A stretch of 64,000 nt of DNA, from NCBI GenBank assembly GCA_000091205.1, contig AP006490.2; one strand, given 5' to 3'. The stretch is from Cyanidioschyzon merolae. Lineage: Eukaryota. Shown here in pieces: positions 13,860 to 24,422 of the stretch (the first letter of the stretch is position 1; the number at the start of each line of letters is the position of its first letter). The notes beneath the pieces are model-generated. The model worked only from the letters and a program-made list of their open reading frames with translations, was not told where the DNA came from and searched no databases. The translations under genes and the position numbers were made by a program.

Positions 13860-14440
13860 AAATGCTTTTTCATGGTTTATGGAAGATGAGTGCGAAGTGC
13901 GCTCATTTGAAGAAATAAAAATCCAAGGCAAAGGTATAGAAGTTGAAGCCCACGATCTTGGGGGCCCGCTGGCACCGGATTTGGAGAAACTACGAAAAAA
14001 AATCCTCATCTCGCCGACAATCTTGCGAAGAATAGCGAACGACGAAGAAGAAGAGAGGAGGTAGACGAGAAAAGGTGTTTGCCCTACTGGACAATGACGA
14101 GACTGTAGTGGCATATAGGTCACGAGTTCTAGCAATCCTTGCATTGATGAGTTCAACCAGAGGCAATAAACGTATGGAGTTCGTGAACCGAGACTTCAGC
14201 GTCGCGATCAATATCAGAACATGTGCGTTGCTTTACACGAGTCCCGAGAAGCTGGCCCAATTCCTTCTTCGTGGGACAACTTCTCAGGCTCGAAGTGTAC
14301 AAGGAGAAACTGAGACCGATAGCACTCGACCGGTCAAAAAGGACCGGGAGGTGTCTGCGTGTGGATATTAGTTACCCTACACGGTCGAGACACATTTTTT
14401 GTTTCGTTGGCAGTGAACTGCAGGAATCGAGCGAGTGGTT
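13860..14440 (+). mobile_element. short (~0.58 kb) 3'-terminal derivative of the Fanzor/TnpB-like element family (sense on plus strand), ending about 165 nt upstream of the MT-A70 ATG
   Basis: ORF 14075..14371 encodes …GNKRMEFVNRDFSVAINIRTCA…, a RuvC-III-like motif. This aligns with 33829..34134 (…GKKRMQFVNRNFNAAINIRKCA…) and 47663..47896 (MEFVNRDFNAATNI…). The upstream frame 13687..14064 parallels the zinc-ribbon region. Homology to the 1.7-2.2 kb copy starts at the same internal point. Confidence 0.5.
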
Positions 14441-14606
14441 CCGCGCTCCACTCTTATTCAAGACAACGTTCCTCGCGGATTCCCAATCACAGAGAACGAG
14501 AGGTTGACAAGATTCAAGTATTGAAAACTGTCGCTCCTTACTTAAGCACACACTTAAAGCTCGAAGCCTTTGAGTGAACGAAGTGCAGAAGAGTCTGTTT
14601 GCCTCT

Positions 14607-16487
14607 ATGAAAGGAGAACGGAAACGCCCTCAGAGGCACGACAGGGACGCAGATAGAGAGCTGGCGTTGCGCCTCCACAACGAAGAAAAACAGGAGCTTC
14701 GAGGTTTGCGTCGCCAGACCCGAACTTCTGCGGATAAAGCTGTTGTGGAAGACGCAACAGTGATGGGTAGACCATGTGAGACAGTCACTGGATTGGATTC
14801 TTTTCTGAGCTCCTGTCTAAACGAAACAGGCCGACATTCACGCCCCCGAGCGAGCAGGAAAAGAACAGTTGAGAACGCTTTTGAGCATTTTTCTGTCGCA
14901 AAATATACAGAAAAGCATGCAAAACTCGAACCTCGCAAGCAAGGTACCAGCGCCCTACCCATAGACGAGATTCAGACTGTGCCAATCAAGGACCTCGATC
15001 AGTTTCCGAGCTGTGTTGGAGTTGCAGAGAACCAGAAAACCTCAAGCAGTCTTCGTAGGCAGATACGGGAGCAAATTAGGCGCTTGAATGATGGATACTA
15101 CATCAACTGTGATCTTCGTTACTTCAACCTTGCGTACTTGCGTGAATGTGTGGGGAATTTCGACGTGGTGCTCATTGATCCCCCGTGGCGCATCGCGGGC
15201 GGCCAGCGAGCGAGCACGCCGAATGGACCCATGTTCACCAATAATCACTGGGCAGTCAACTATAATACGTTGTCCAATGAAGAGATTCTGGATTTGGACA
15301 TTGGATGCCTCTCGAATAGTGGTCTCTGTTTCCTCTGGGTCGTCTCATCCCAGCTGCCAACAGGTATGGCCTGCCTCTCGCGCTGGGGCTACGAATACAT
15401 TGACAAAATCACGTGGATCAAGAAGCGCCAGGGGAAGCTCCACGTGAGCCACGGGTATCATTTCATGCATTCATCTGAATTGTGTCTCATTGGGGTCAAG
15501 CGGCCCTGCGAATTCATTGGAAAAGTTTCAAACGATCTCATTTTCGCAGAGGTGCGTGAAAAAAGTCGCAAACCAGATGAATTGTACCATGTTGTTGAGA
15601 CAATGCTTCCAGGTACTGCCAAGATAGAGCTTTTCGCTCGGAACCACAATATTCGCAGAGGCTGGCTGAGTTTGGGTAACGAGCTCGGTGAGCAGTTCTG
15701 CGACTGGTTCAATGACTTCGAATGTGACATGTGCGGAGCACGCATTCATTTCGGTGAGAGGCGGTACAAAGCGAAAAATCGACCCAATTCGGACTTTTGT
15801 CGGGACTGCTATCTGGAAGCAATTTCCGCAGGAGTGACAACGGAAACAGAGTGGTTCGAGCTGGCTAATGATGCCGCAGATCCTGTCTATCATGAGTACT
15901 ACGAGTGCAATCATTGCAACATCTATCCCCTTTGGGGAGTCCGCTTTCATAGAGACCCAGACATGGATCTTTGTGAGCAGTGCTATGATGAGCTGGTAGC
16001 CAATGACGCGGAAACAGAGGATGCGTCCAATAATGCACGCACCAGCAGCCCTGACGACTGGACTGCGATCGAGTCTCCTATTTGCGGCGGCTCGTTACCT
16101 GTCCACCGCAATATTCGCTGTTCATCCTGCCTCCAGTGTCCGATCATTGGATACCGCTTCTCATGCACCTGCTGCGAGAATTTAAGCTTGTGTCAAAAAT
16201 GCTTCTTTCAACAAAAATGCCCCAAAGGGCACAATGCAGATCATGACATAGTGATCATTGTCGATTCTGAGGCCGCACTGAACGCGCTTGTTCGGTGCGA
16301 TGGATGTGGAATTCGCCCCATCCTTGGTACGCGATACAGATGCAATACCTGTTACGCCTTTGACCTGTGTGAGACGTGTTACAAGAAAGTTGAGCAAGGA
16401 GAATACGATTTGCAACAGGTTTCTCAAAAGAAGTTAGCGGAACACAATCGATCTCACGCGTTTTCAGCGATTCCCGTCTCAGCCTGA
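14607..16487 (+). CDS. MT-A70 family N6-adenosine methyltransferase (METTL3/IME4-like catalytic domain) with four C-terminal ZZ-type zinc fingers
   Basis: Track ORF begins with GTG at 14574; first ATG is 14607. Catalytic motif VLIDPPW; …FAEVREKSRKPDELYHVVETMLPGTAKIELFARNHNIRRGWLSLGNEL… closely parallels the METTL3 C-terminus. Four CxxC…CxxC…H…H modules follow; one (CSSCLQCPIIGYRFSCTCCENLSLCQKCFF…GHNADHDIV) matches the dystrophin/p300 ZZ pattern. TGA stop. Confidence 0.85.
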   Translation: MKGERKRPQRHDRDADRELALRLHNEEKQELRGLRRQTRTSADKAVVEDATVMGRPCETVTGLDSFLSSCLNETGRHSRPRASRKRTVENAFEHFSVAKYTEKHAKLEPRKQGTSALPIDEIQTVPIKDLDQFPSCVGVAENQKTSSSLRRQIREQIRRLNDGYYINCDLRYFNLAYLRECVGNFDVVLIDPPWRIAGGQRASTPNGPMFTNNHWAVNYNTLSNEEILDLDIGCLSNSGLCFLWVVSSQLPTGMACLSRWGYEYIDKITWIKKRQGKLHVSHGYHFMHSSELCLIGVKRPCEFIGKVSNDLIFAEVREKSRKPDELYHVVETMLPGTAKIELFARNHNIRRGWLSLGNELGEQFCDWFNDFECDMCGARIHFGERRYKAKNRPNSDFCRDCYLEAISAGVTTETEWFELANDAADPVYHEYYECNHCNIYPLWGVRFHRDPDMDLCEQCYDELVANDAETEDASNNARTSSPDDWTAIESPICGGSLPVHRNIRCSSCLQCPIIGYRFSCTCCENLSLCQKCFFQQKCPKGHNADHDIVIIVDSEAALNALVRCDGCGIRPILGTRYRCNTCYAFDLCETCYKKVEQGEYDLQQVSQKKLAEHNRSHAFSAIPVSA

Positions 16488-17192
16488 GGAAGGCAACTGA
16501 CTTTCTCGATTTCTGAGTTATCTCTTTTCGGCATGATGCAACCCGGAGAAAATCTTGGAATCCCTCTGGTATGCTGATGAATCCTGTCGAGGGAGCTCCA
16601 CGCAAGTTTTCGAACCTTCAATTCGCCTCCGGATCTATACGATAGATCTGGATCCATCCGGACGTTGCCTACCTGGAAGCACGCACGTGTGAAGCGAGCG
16701 GGTAGTCGTTTCCCACACCTGCTGAAAGGCCCTCCACGTAAACGTACCATGAATGATGCACTGCTCGCGACGAGATCCTTCGCTCGTTTCTCAGGAATCC
16801 TTAGTTCAGTCGCTCGAATTTGCGTTGCCGGCGATCTCATGATCCTGATCTGTACGTTACAAGCCGATGAATTCGCTGCGATAGGTAAATTTCCGTTTTT
16901 TACTAAATACCGAGGAAGCGCTCTCAAATATATTTCAGGACTGTGACGTGAAACAAACCTCACAGGTCCCCATTGCGACCCTCTTTGCACAACGCCTCGT
17001 GATCCACCGAGCACATGGTGCTGAGTGTGCGTGCTGGCGGCGTTGCGAATCACCGAGCAACAGACATTGACGCCCGCAATGTGTCGCGGTGTCTAGAGTG
17101 AGGCGCTCTACGCGCGAGGACGTGCGCCAAAGATGCTAGCAGCACGACTTCAATCAGAGCGCATATATTCATTGATTTCGTCCCCAGATCAT

Positions 17193-18011
17193 TCAGGAAA
17201 CAGCTGACTTCACAGCAGTTTCATTTTTCTGAGAACTTTCAACCTTTTCATCCTTTTCTAGAGACCCCGGATTCCGTTTGTGAAGGAATCGCGAAAGATG
17301 CTGCGGCTTGAGAGTCCAGACCGCCTGATTGCCTACCACGACCGTTTCGAAATAGTCATTGAGCGCAAGTGTATGCCGGATCGCGCTTTTAATCCACATG
17401 TGGTCGTGGACATTTGGATGCAGCTCGAACACGCGGTCGACTATGTCGTCATAGAGCATTCTATGCCCCTCCGCAGAAGCGATGAGTTCACCGAGGTATT
17501 GTGGCAAGTCGTTGATGAGGCGCTGAGAAATCTTGCTCTCCGTAAGCGGTGCTCGATGCCCTCCTTGCTCACTCTGAGCCATAGTAAGAGGCGTCTTGTA
17601 CCGCAAGTCTGCACCGCCTAGTTTCTTCCTTTTCCGAGGTCCAAGTCCTTTCGCGCAAGGCAGGAGAAACCAAAGCGTACAAGAGCCGGCCTGCAGAACG
17701 TCCTGGCTTCGAAGCTGAACAGGTGCGCTATTCGGGCAAACGAACGATCCGTTCACTTCCATCCCGTTTTTCCCCTGAACAAATAGTTCGAAACTCTGCA
17801 TATCTACGTTCAACGCGATTGTTGCGTGGATTCGGGACACTGCACGGTCCCGAGAGGGCAACCATAAGGTATACTCCGAAGCCAACCCAGCAGTTTTGTT
17901 GCTGCTTCGACCTATGGTCAAAGTAGGCTTGGTCATATAGTGACTTTGTGACTCGGTTATGATTTTCGCATAGAGTATAGCTGGAACTTTCGTCTCTGCT
18001 AAGTACGGCAT
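17193..18011 (-). CDS. FHA domain + forkhead (winged-helix) DNA-binding protein, compact (272 aa from first ATG)
   Basis: FHA: …TLTIGRSSNKTAGLASEYTLWLPSRDRAVSRIHATIALN…FELFVQGKNGMEVNG…; forkhead: …YDDIVDRVFELHP…WIKSAIRHTLALNDYFETV…NQAVWTLKP matches the W-x-NSIRHNLSLN…YWTL signature. Track ORF starts with TTG at 18032. Confidence 0.75.
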   Translation of the reverse strand: MPYLAETKVPAILYAKIITESQSHYMTKPTLTIGRSSNKTAGLASEYTLWLPSRDRAVSRIHATIALNVDMQSFELFVQGKNGMEVNGSFVCPNSAPVQLRSQDVLQAGSCTLWFLLPCAKGLGPRKRKKLGGADLRYKTPLTMAQSEQGGHRAPLTESKISQRLINDLPQYLGELIASAEGHRMLYDDIVDRVFELHPNVHDHMWIKSAIRHTLALNDYFETVVVGNQAVWTLKPQHLSRFLHKRNPGSLEKDEKVESSQKNETAVKSAVS

Positions 18012-18031
18012 TAGTGCCCTCGCGAACGCCA

Positions 18032-19501
18032 ATGACTAAACGACAATTGGCACTGTATATCGCGGTTTCCATGAAAGTGCTCCAAAGCTGTCGCTTCGGC
18101 CAGTTGCGAAAACTTTTGTTGATTATCGTGCTCGCTATTTACATAAGAGCGTCCATAGGCCTCTTCCCTTACTCTGGAGAGCACAGACCTCCAAGATTCG
18201 GAGACTATGAAGCGCACCGTTACTGGAGCGCAGTGACGCTGCACATGCGGCCAGTTGCGAACTGGTATACGCATCCCGGTGACTACTGGGTTATAGACTA
18301 CCCGCCCCTATCCGCTTATTTGGCTTTCGCTATTGGCATTTGCGCAAGACTTTTAGATTTTGAGGGCGCGGTGCAAGCCGACGCCTACGGTTACGAGAGC
18401 GAGTCGAGTCGTGCTTTCTTCCGGGGGACTGTGCTGCTTGTAGACTTGCTGTTCTTTTTCCCAGCAGCATATTTCGCGTCTGGTGGCGATCTCAACCGCT
18501 TTGCGTCCCTTACCCTGTTTCAGCCCTGCTGGATTTTGATCGATCATGCCCACTTTCACTACACATGTATCCAGCTAGGTTTCATCCTATGGATGATCGC
18601 GCGATATCGCACAATCAAGCTCACTATGATAGCGACAGCGGTGCTCTTCAAGCAGACATCCATCTACTTCCTGCCCGTCCCTGCAATGGACGCGCTGCGA
18701 CAGGCATGGAGGCGAGCGTTCCCAGACAACGATGTCCTTTTTTCCGTTCTTGTTGCTCTTTTCATCCTGTACCCGTTCAAGTTGGACGCTTTGTTAAGGA
18801 GGGTGTTCCCATTTCATCGAGGCGTTTTCGAGGACAAGGTAGCAACGTTTTGGTGTACAATATCGCCGCTGCTGCGTCGAACTGGGCTCCTACGGAGCAG
18901 GTTTCTGCCCCCAGCCTGCGGGCTCATGACCCTAGTGGCAGTTATCCCGTTTCTTATGGGCTCACCGGGTCGTTGTATTACGGAAAGCGATCGTCTTCGG
19001 CTATGTATTCGACTCACAGGGTGCTCGCTTGCGTTCTATCTTTTCTCGTACCATGTTCATGAGAAGCATATTCTCCTACCACTTTTGCCGCTATCGTTAT
19101 GTGCCCATGAGTATCCTGATATCATCATTTGGGCCACTTCCACGGCAGTATTCTCTCTCCTGCCTCTGTTTTTGCATGAAGGCTCAGCGATGGCGCTAGT
19201 AGCGCTGATAATTTGGACGTGTTTAGGAAGAGGTCGCCGTCCTTCTGTAGCCTGGATGCTTCTCGCCCTTCCTCTTGGAATACTTCTCGCTGTTGACGGG
19301 AATCCTTTTCGGGAACGTTATCCGTACTTGCTTCCTTACTTCGTTGCAATCTTCTGCTTCCTGAACTTTCTTATGCTCCTGCTTTGGTGTTACAAAGAGC
19401 ACGCAAAGTTGTCGGGTTGCTCTTTCACTGTCGAGGGCGCTCGGAACTTGTTGTTTCGCTCCTTGAATTTTTCGAGGGCTCCGCCACAAAAACTCTCATA
19501 A
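18032..19501 (+). CDS. ALG6: dolichyl-P-Glc:Man9GlcNAc2-PP-dolichol alpha-1,3-glucosyltransferase (ALG6/ALG8 family, ALG6-like), multi-pass membrane protein
   Basis: …PPRFGDYEAHRYW…WYTHPGDYWVIDYPPLSAY…, …FHRGVFEDKVATFWC…, …FYLFSYHVHEKHILLPLLPLSL… match conserved ALG6 blocks. Track ORF starts with GTG at 18014; first ATG is 18032. Confidence 0.85.
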   Translation: MTKRQLALYIAVSMKVLQSCRFGQLRKLLLIIVLAIYIRASIGLFPYSGEHRPPRFGDYEAHRYWSAVTLHMRPVANWYTHPGDYWVIDYPPLSAYLAFAIGICARLLDFEGAVQADAYGYESESSRAFFRGTVLLVDLLFFFPAAYFASGGDLNRFASLTLFQPCWILIDHAHFHYTCIQLGFILWMIARYRTIKLTMIATAVLFKQTSIYFLPVPAMDALRQAWRRAFPDNDVLFSVLVALFILYPFKLDALLRRVFPFHRGVFEDKVATFWCTISPLLRRTGLLRSRFLPPACGLMTLVAVIPFLMGSPGRCITESDRLRLCIRLTGCSLAFYLFSYHVHEKHILLPLLPLSLCAHEYPDIIIWATSTAVFSLLPLFLHEGSAMALVALIIWTCLGRGRRPSVAWMLLALPLGILLAVDGNPFRERYPYLLPYFVAIFCFLNFLMLLLWCYKEHAKLSGCSFTVEGARNLLFRSLNFSRAPPQKLS

Positions 19502-22500
19502 CGCTATGAGCCGGCACTACAGTGAGCGAGAAGCGTCGTTCCTGCCAAGTTTGGGGCGTAGGACACCATACCTCTTCCACCGCATCGTACAAGACGAGAT
19601 TCTTGAGACCGTCGACGCAGTAAAGCCTTCCTCTCACGCGCTGGCGCTCGTCCTGGAGCAGCACTAGAAGTTCACGGTGAAGCAGTGACTCAAGGAACGC
19701 CCTTCCTTCGTTCGCATTGTGGACGCCCATGAGTTTGTAGACGTCTCACCTGTAAAGCGAGATGCAAGAGCCTACGCAGCTACCGCTCTCAAAGTGAAGC
19801 ACATAGCTTGACGGCTAGCGCATTAAGATAACATTAATAGTTTGGATCTCTATTGTATGGGAACTCCGACCAGACGGAAGCTGCACACAAGCAGCAGCAC
19901 ACAGCCTGCCGTTCCTTGCACTCGAAAAAAACCTCATTTGTCTGCAGTGTTCCACGGGGGCGCCAGCCTCCCTCGTGGAGTGCGCACCATGGTGGCGTTC
20001 GCGAAAAACTTAATGTCCTCTTGTCTGAAGCCTGAAATCCCGTGTATTTATGGTGTATCAGTGCAAGTCTGAAAGGACATGCCCGTATACGCAAGCTCTG
20101 CCCGTGGTTAACGAGTGAAACTATGTTGTTTGACGCTTGCGATGGCATTGTTTAGCCTCCCTTTCACGGCCCGATCTAAGCGACTGTATCCCAAGCGCTC
20201 CAGCGAATGCCTCTGCTACGCCTGACAAACCGGGAAACCATGTCGTTAGATTGATCGAGCCTCCACATTCTCGGGTTTCATCATAAACTGGAACCGGTGG
20301 CTCGTAGGGACTCGTGTCAAGGTATTCATCCAGCCTTCACGCCGGGTGTTCATCTCCAAATGGAATTGGTTGAACGGAGGAGCGTCCGTGCTAAAGTCGG
20401 GATCTCCCAGTCGCTTTTATGTAGAGGAGTGAAATGCAGAACACGTATACAAGCACATTCCTCTCGGTCTTATTTATTTTTCCCATTGGTAGTCAACAAA
20501 ATCACTGTTGCGTTTGTACTAGAGAAAGACTGCAGAAAGACCTGATGCCCTCATTGCTGGACATCGAACAAACCGGCTTTACCTCTACAAGCCAGTTATT
20601 TGATGCTAAGCATGTGGACCTACCGCCCTTCTCGTAGTCCTCATTCTGAGCACCGAGCACCAAAAGCAGTACTCATCAGTCGCTATCTACACGACTGTCT
20701 CCTCCTCAATCATTTCCACTCGATTCTTTTTCGAAGAAAGACTACTGAGGAACCCACAAAACGGTGATCACCCTTTTCGTCCATACGAAGGAGACAAAGA
20801 AACACGGACTGATAGCAATAAAATCGCGCTTCTAGAGGAGACCGTCGAGGTTTTTTGCAGTATGCTGTCGCTTTGCGAATGAAATGAGAACGTTCGTTAC
20901 GGTACGGACGGTTGTTCGTCTCATTTGATGCGGCTTCATTCAGGAGAAATGCTAGACCTATTAATAGGTAATCAGAAGAGTGCAAGCGAATGCTATTAAA
21001 GCCGAGAGGAGCGAGAAGGACGATAACAGCTCTAATCGCGATTCAAACATATGGTTGCGTCCAAATTGTCCAATGGACATTATTGTGCAGCACCGTATCC
21101 TTCACTGAAGCACTCATCCAGTCTTTCTTCATACATTCTTGTGTCCTGCTATCAGACAGCATCGATTCCCTTGTCTTAAAAGAGGGCAATTGTACGCAGG
21201 CAGGATTCGCACTCAGCTGCTCTTCGTCCCAGCATATTATCCCTGGTTGTGTCATGTCGTCAGCATTAACCACCTTGTCAAACGACACTTCTACCCTACA
21301 GCTGCAGTAGACGAGTCAATCGCAACTGTTGCACCATTCTTCGAAGAGTCTTTGAAGGAGAATTTGTGTCCAGTGTTCATTTGTCCTGAACTGATTTGTG
21401 GCTCCTCTGCTTGTCGCCGGGAAAGAGCCGAAAGGCTCGCAAAGTTTCGATATCTTTCTCGCGATGTGGTAAGTGACGAAGATATTCCTGAAGATTGATA
21501 AGCTACAGCGTTGGACATGATGGAGTGCGCAATGCCCGTGCTCATACTCCTTCCAAAAGAGCATAGAACGTGTGAAGAAAATCTATTCTCTACGATTTTC
21601 ATCGATGAGTTCAGGTTGACACACGCATTACGAGCGCGGATGCACGCTGAAACTGATACGGAAGTCGACAGTGCAACAGGAGCCGATACACGAGCTGTTG
21701 TATGGTAAACTGACCAACAGCGAGATTACGAAGCCATCAAAGGCAAGAGACTTGATATTACGTGATTTCAGTAGTAATTATGCGCACGAGCACCTTCTGC
21801 ACAGAGACTTGAAAGCTCTGATCAAAATCCGGAAATGGTCCCGGCCTCCAGAGCGCCCAGTTCCTTTATGCCAAGCGAAATTTCGAGCAATTGTTTTTTG
21901 CACAGTGTGGTCACGAAGTTGAAACGAGAATGATTTGCCATTATAAGAGTCAATTGCAAAGAGAGAGGACGGTGGATTCTCGCACGGAGTGAGGTACTAG
22001 AATGGTACGGTCCACATTTCAAGGCTGGAGCGCTATTTATCCAACGCAAATGGCGTCGCTGGGCACTTAGCAGACGATAATGGTGTTCATTTGTTCGATA
22101 TTACTGAGCATGCATATAGCTATCCCTGATTTGGCAAATTTTAATTACACTCATCGATTCTGCAGCCGAAACTCTACGACATCTGGCCTTCCCAAAGCGC
22201 GCGCGTCAGTCATATTATCGAAAAGACGCTGGTCTGCTACAATTTGGCTTGCTTGTTCTGCTCCCCGATCGAGACTCTTCGTAAGAGTTTGCTCGCAAAT
22301 ATCAACCGCTCTGGCTGTATCGAACGTCGCTTTGGTACAGGCGTCTATGATGTTGATGTCCGCAAGGCCCTGCTAAGCTAAAACCAAACGTTTCACGACG
22401 ATCGAGGAAAGCTTTTCAAACGAAACGCTGCATATTCGTGGGAGAGTTTGTATCGAGATTAGGCGTATTGCACCGATCGAGCATCGAGAAATAGACGACG

Positions 22501-23572
22501 CCCTTTCAGAAAGACATCTGCTCTATATACCCCATCCAGATGGCCCGTATACTTCACACCTTGCTCTTGCATCTGTCGGCACTCGATTACAGTTTGCTAT
22601 ATTTTTCAGACCTGCAGCGTTCCCCAGTATGGATTTGGGATTCTAAACCAGGACCCGCACTTGAATTTGTTCATTTAGGCCAAGAATGAAGCATGCTATT
22701 TCGATATCTTCTGGTTACCAGCCGACAATGAGCTCGCAAGAGGACGACGGCCGCAACCAATGATCACATCAAGCAATACACTTATAGGCAATGATCCCCG
22801 TAAAGGCATCCCGTCGAGGTGTTCGATCGCCTCTCGTGCGAAACATATGCAGTTTATGAATGGCATAGTCGAATGTAGAATTTCAGTACAATGGGAATTG
22901 GTCGACATTGTCGGTAAACGCCGTGCCCGCAAGTCCGCCAAGTATCCGGAACGTGATCGAGAGAAAGCTTTTCCACGCGTTCGCTACTGTATCATTAAGC
23001 TCGATGGCAACACGTGATCCGAAACACTTTTCTTGTGCTTCCGGATGGTCCGGTCGGCTTCATGAATCCTGCATCCCTTAACCCAGCACGAGTGCATTGC
23101 GCACAGCAGACGCAGCATACGAAATTAGGCGCAATGCATTCATGATATCTGCGAAGGTCTTTCTGATCCTACTGGCAACTTACTCGCGCAGGCGAAGCCA
23201 TGAGATCGCCAATAGGCCCAGATTGCGCTTGAAACCGACAAGAACAAAATTGAGAGGACGTCAAACACAAATGAAACGTTTGGGGACCGACTGTGCACAG
23301 GATGAACACACTGATCAAGGAGGCGTCCAGTGATGGAGTCAATCAGTCGTCGTGTTCTGATTCATGCGTTGCATTCGCCTCCTCTGGTCGATTTTCATAC
23401 GTATGCGAGCCCAAATTCCTTTTTGTCATTTCCGAAACCTTCGGGCTGCGTTCTGGTGGGCTGGTGGATGAGGTTTGCAAGGGGCCCAGCGTTCTCAGGT
23501 GTGGAGACCTTGCTGAAATCCGGTACAGTAGCGTAGGATCCCTAGTCGGTATGAGTATGATCAAAATCACGC

Positions 23573-24337
23573 TTATAGCGCACATCTAGACATGCTTGCT
23601 TTGATCGCGCGCTCGAGAAGAACCAAGTGCGACTCTAGTACCCACCGTCTGTGCCCCCACAGCGCCGACAATGGCTCGGATGATTGACTGCGTTCGCCTA
23701 TGATGATGCAGTAATCTGAGGTTTCCCTCAGGTGATAAACCGATAGTTGGAAGCCGCGTGAACCAGTGATGCTCCACATCCTATGTCCGAAATGATTCAA
23801 ATTCATGCAATCATCATCTCGTGACGTGTATCGTGCGAAACGGTGCCGGGGAGCGCTCAGAACATCGAAAATTGTATCCGCAGCATACGCTGCAGATGCG
23901 AGAAAGAGGGGCCCTATCATATCACTTACGTTATTTTCACCGCTGTCCGTTGCAGCGCAATAGCTAGCCAATACTTTGGAATCGCTCTTTCGCAGGAGGA
24001 GCGCCCGTCTAACGTTTCGGTTACGAAACGTCTCGTCTATCCAGCTCGCGAAAATTGAGCTAATATCGTGCTTCCCCTCCGATGAGGCCTCTGACGAAGT
24101 TTTCGGCGCGTCTGCGATCGCGTCCCTACTTTCAGCGGAGACTTGCGAAACTGACAGACCGGTGCAGTGCGCTTTCGTTTCGCCCGGCAGCTCGTTCGCC
24201 GGCTCCTGCTGCGGTGCCTGAGGTGTGTCGTTACTTAGTGCTTCGAGATTTGCTGGTAGTCCACCACGGTTCTCAGTCCCAAAGTCCCTTTCAACGGCCA
24301 AGCAGGGAAAACAGGTCCTGAGTAACCGCGAAGTCAT
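23573..24337 (-). CDS. hypothetical protein (254 aa from first ATG). The track ORF starts with TTG at 24430, and its first 26 codons lie inside the inverted-repeat terminus.
   Basis: long ORF without recognisable domain; its first ATG (24337) lies 18 nt outside the inverted-repeat arm. Confidence 0.3.
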   Translation of the reverse strand: MTSRLLRTCFPCLAVERDFGTENRGGLPANLEALSNDTPQAPQQEPANELPGETKAHCTGLSVSQVSAESRDAIADAPKTSSEASSEGKHDISSIFASWIDETFRNRNVRRALLLRKSDSKVLASYCAATDSGENNVSDMIGPLFLASAAYAADTIFDVLSAPRHRFARYTSRDDDCMNLNHFGHRMWSITGSRGFQLSVYHLRETSDYCIIIGERSQSSEPLSALWGHRRWVLESHLVLLERAIKASMSRCAL

Positions 24338-24422
24338 GCTGAGAACCCGCTGCCGACAGCGAACGCCTTTCAAAAGAAAAACGTTGCTGCCGGCGGTGGA
24401 CAGGAGCAGCGAGGAAGCCGCC

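Noticed and set aside
16454-17053. 199-aa minus-strand ORF overlapping the MT-A70 stop region
   Set aside because: No domain, overlaps the MT-A70 3' end, composition typical of chance frames.
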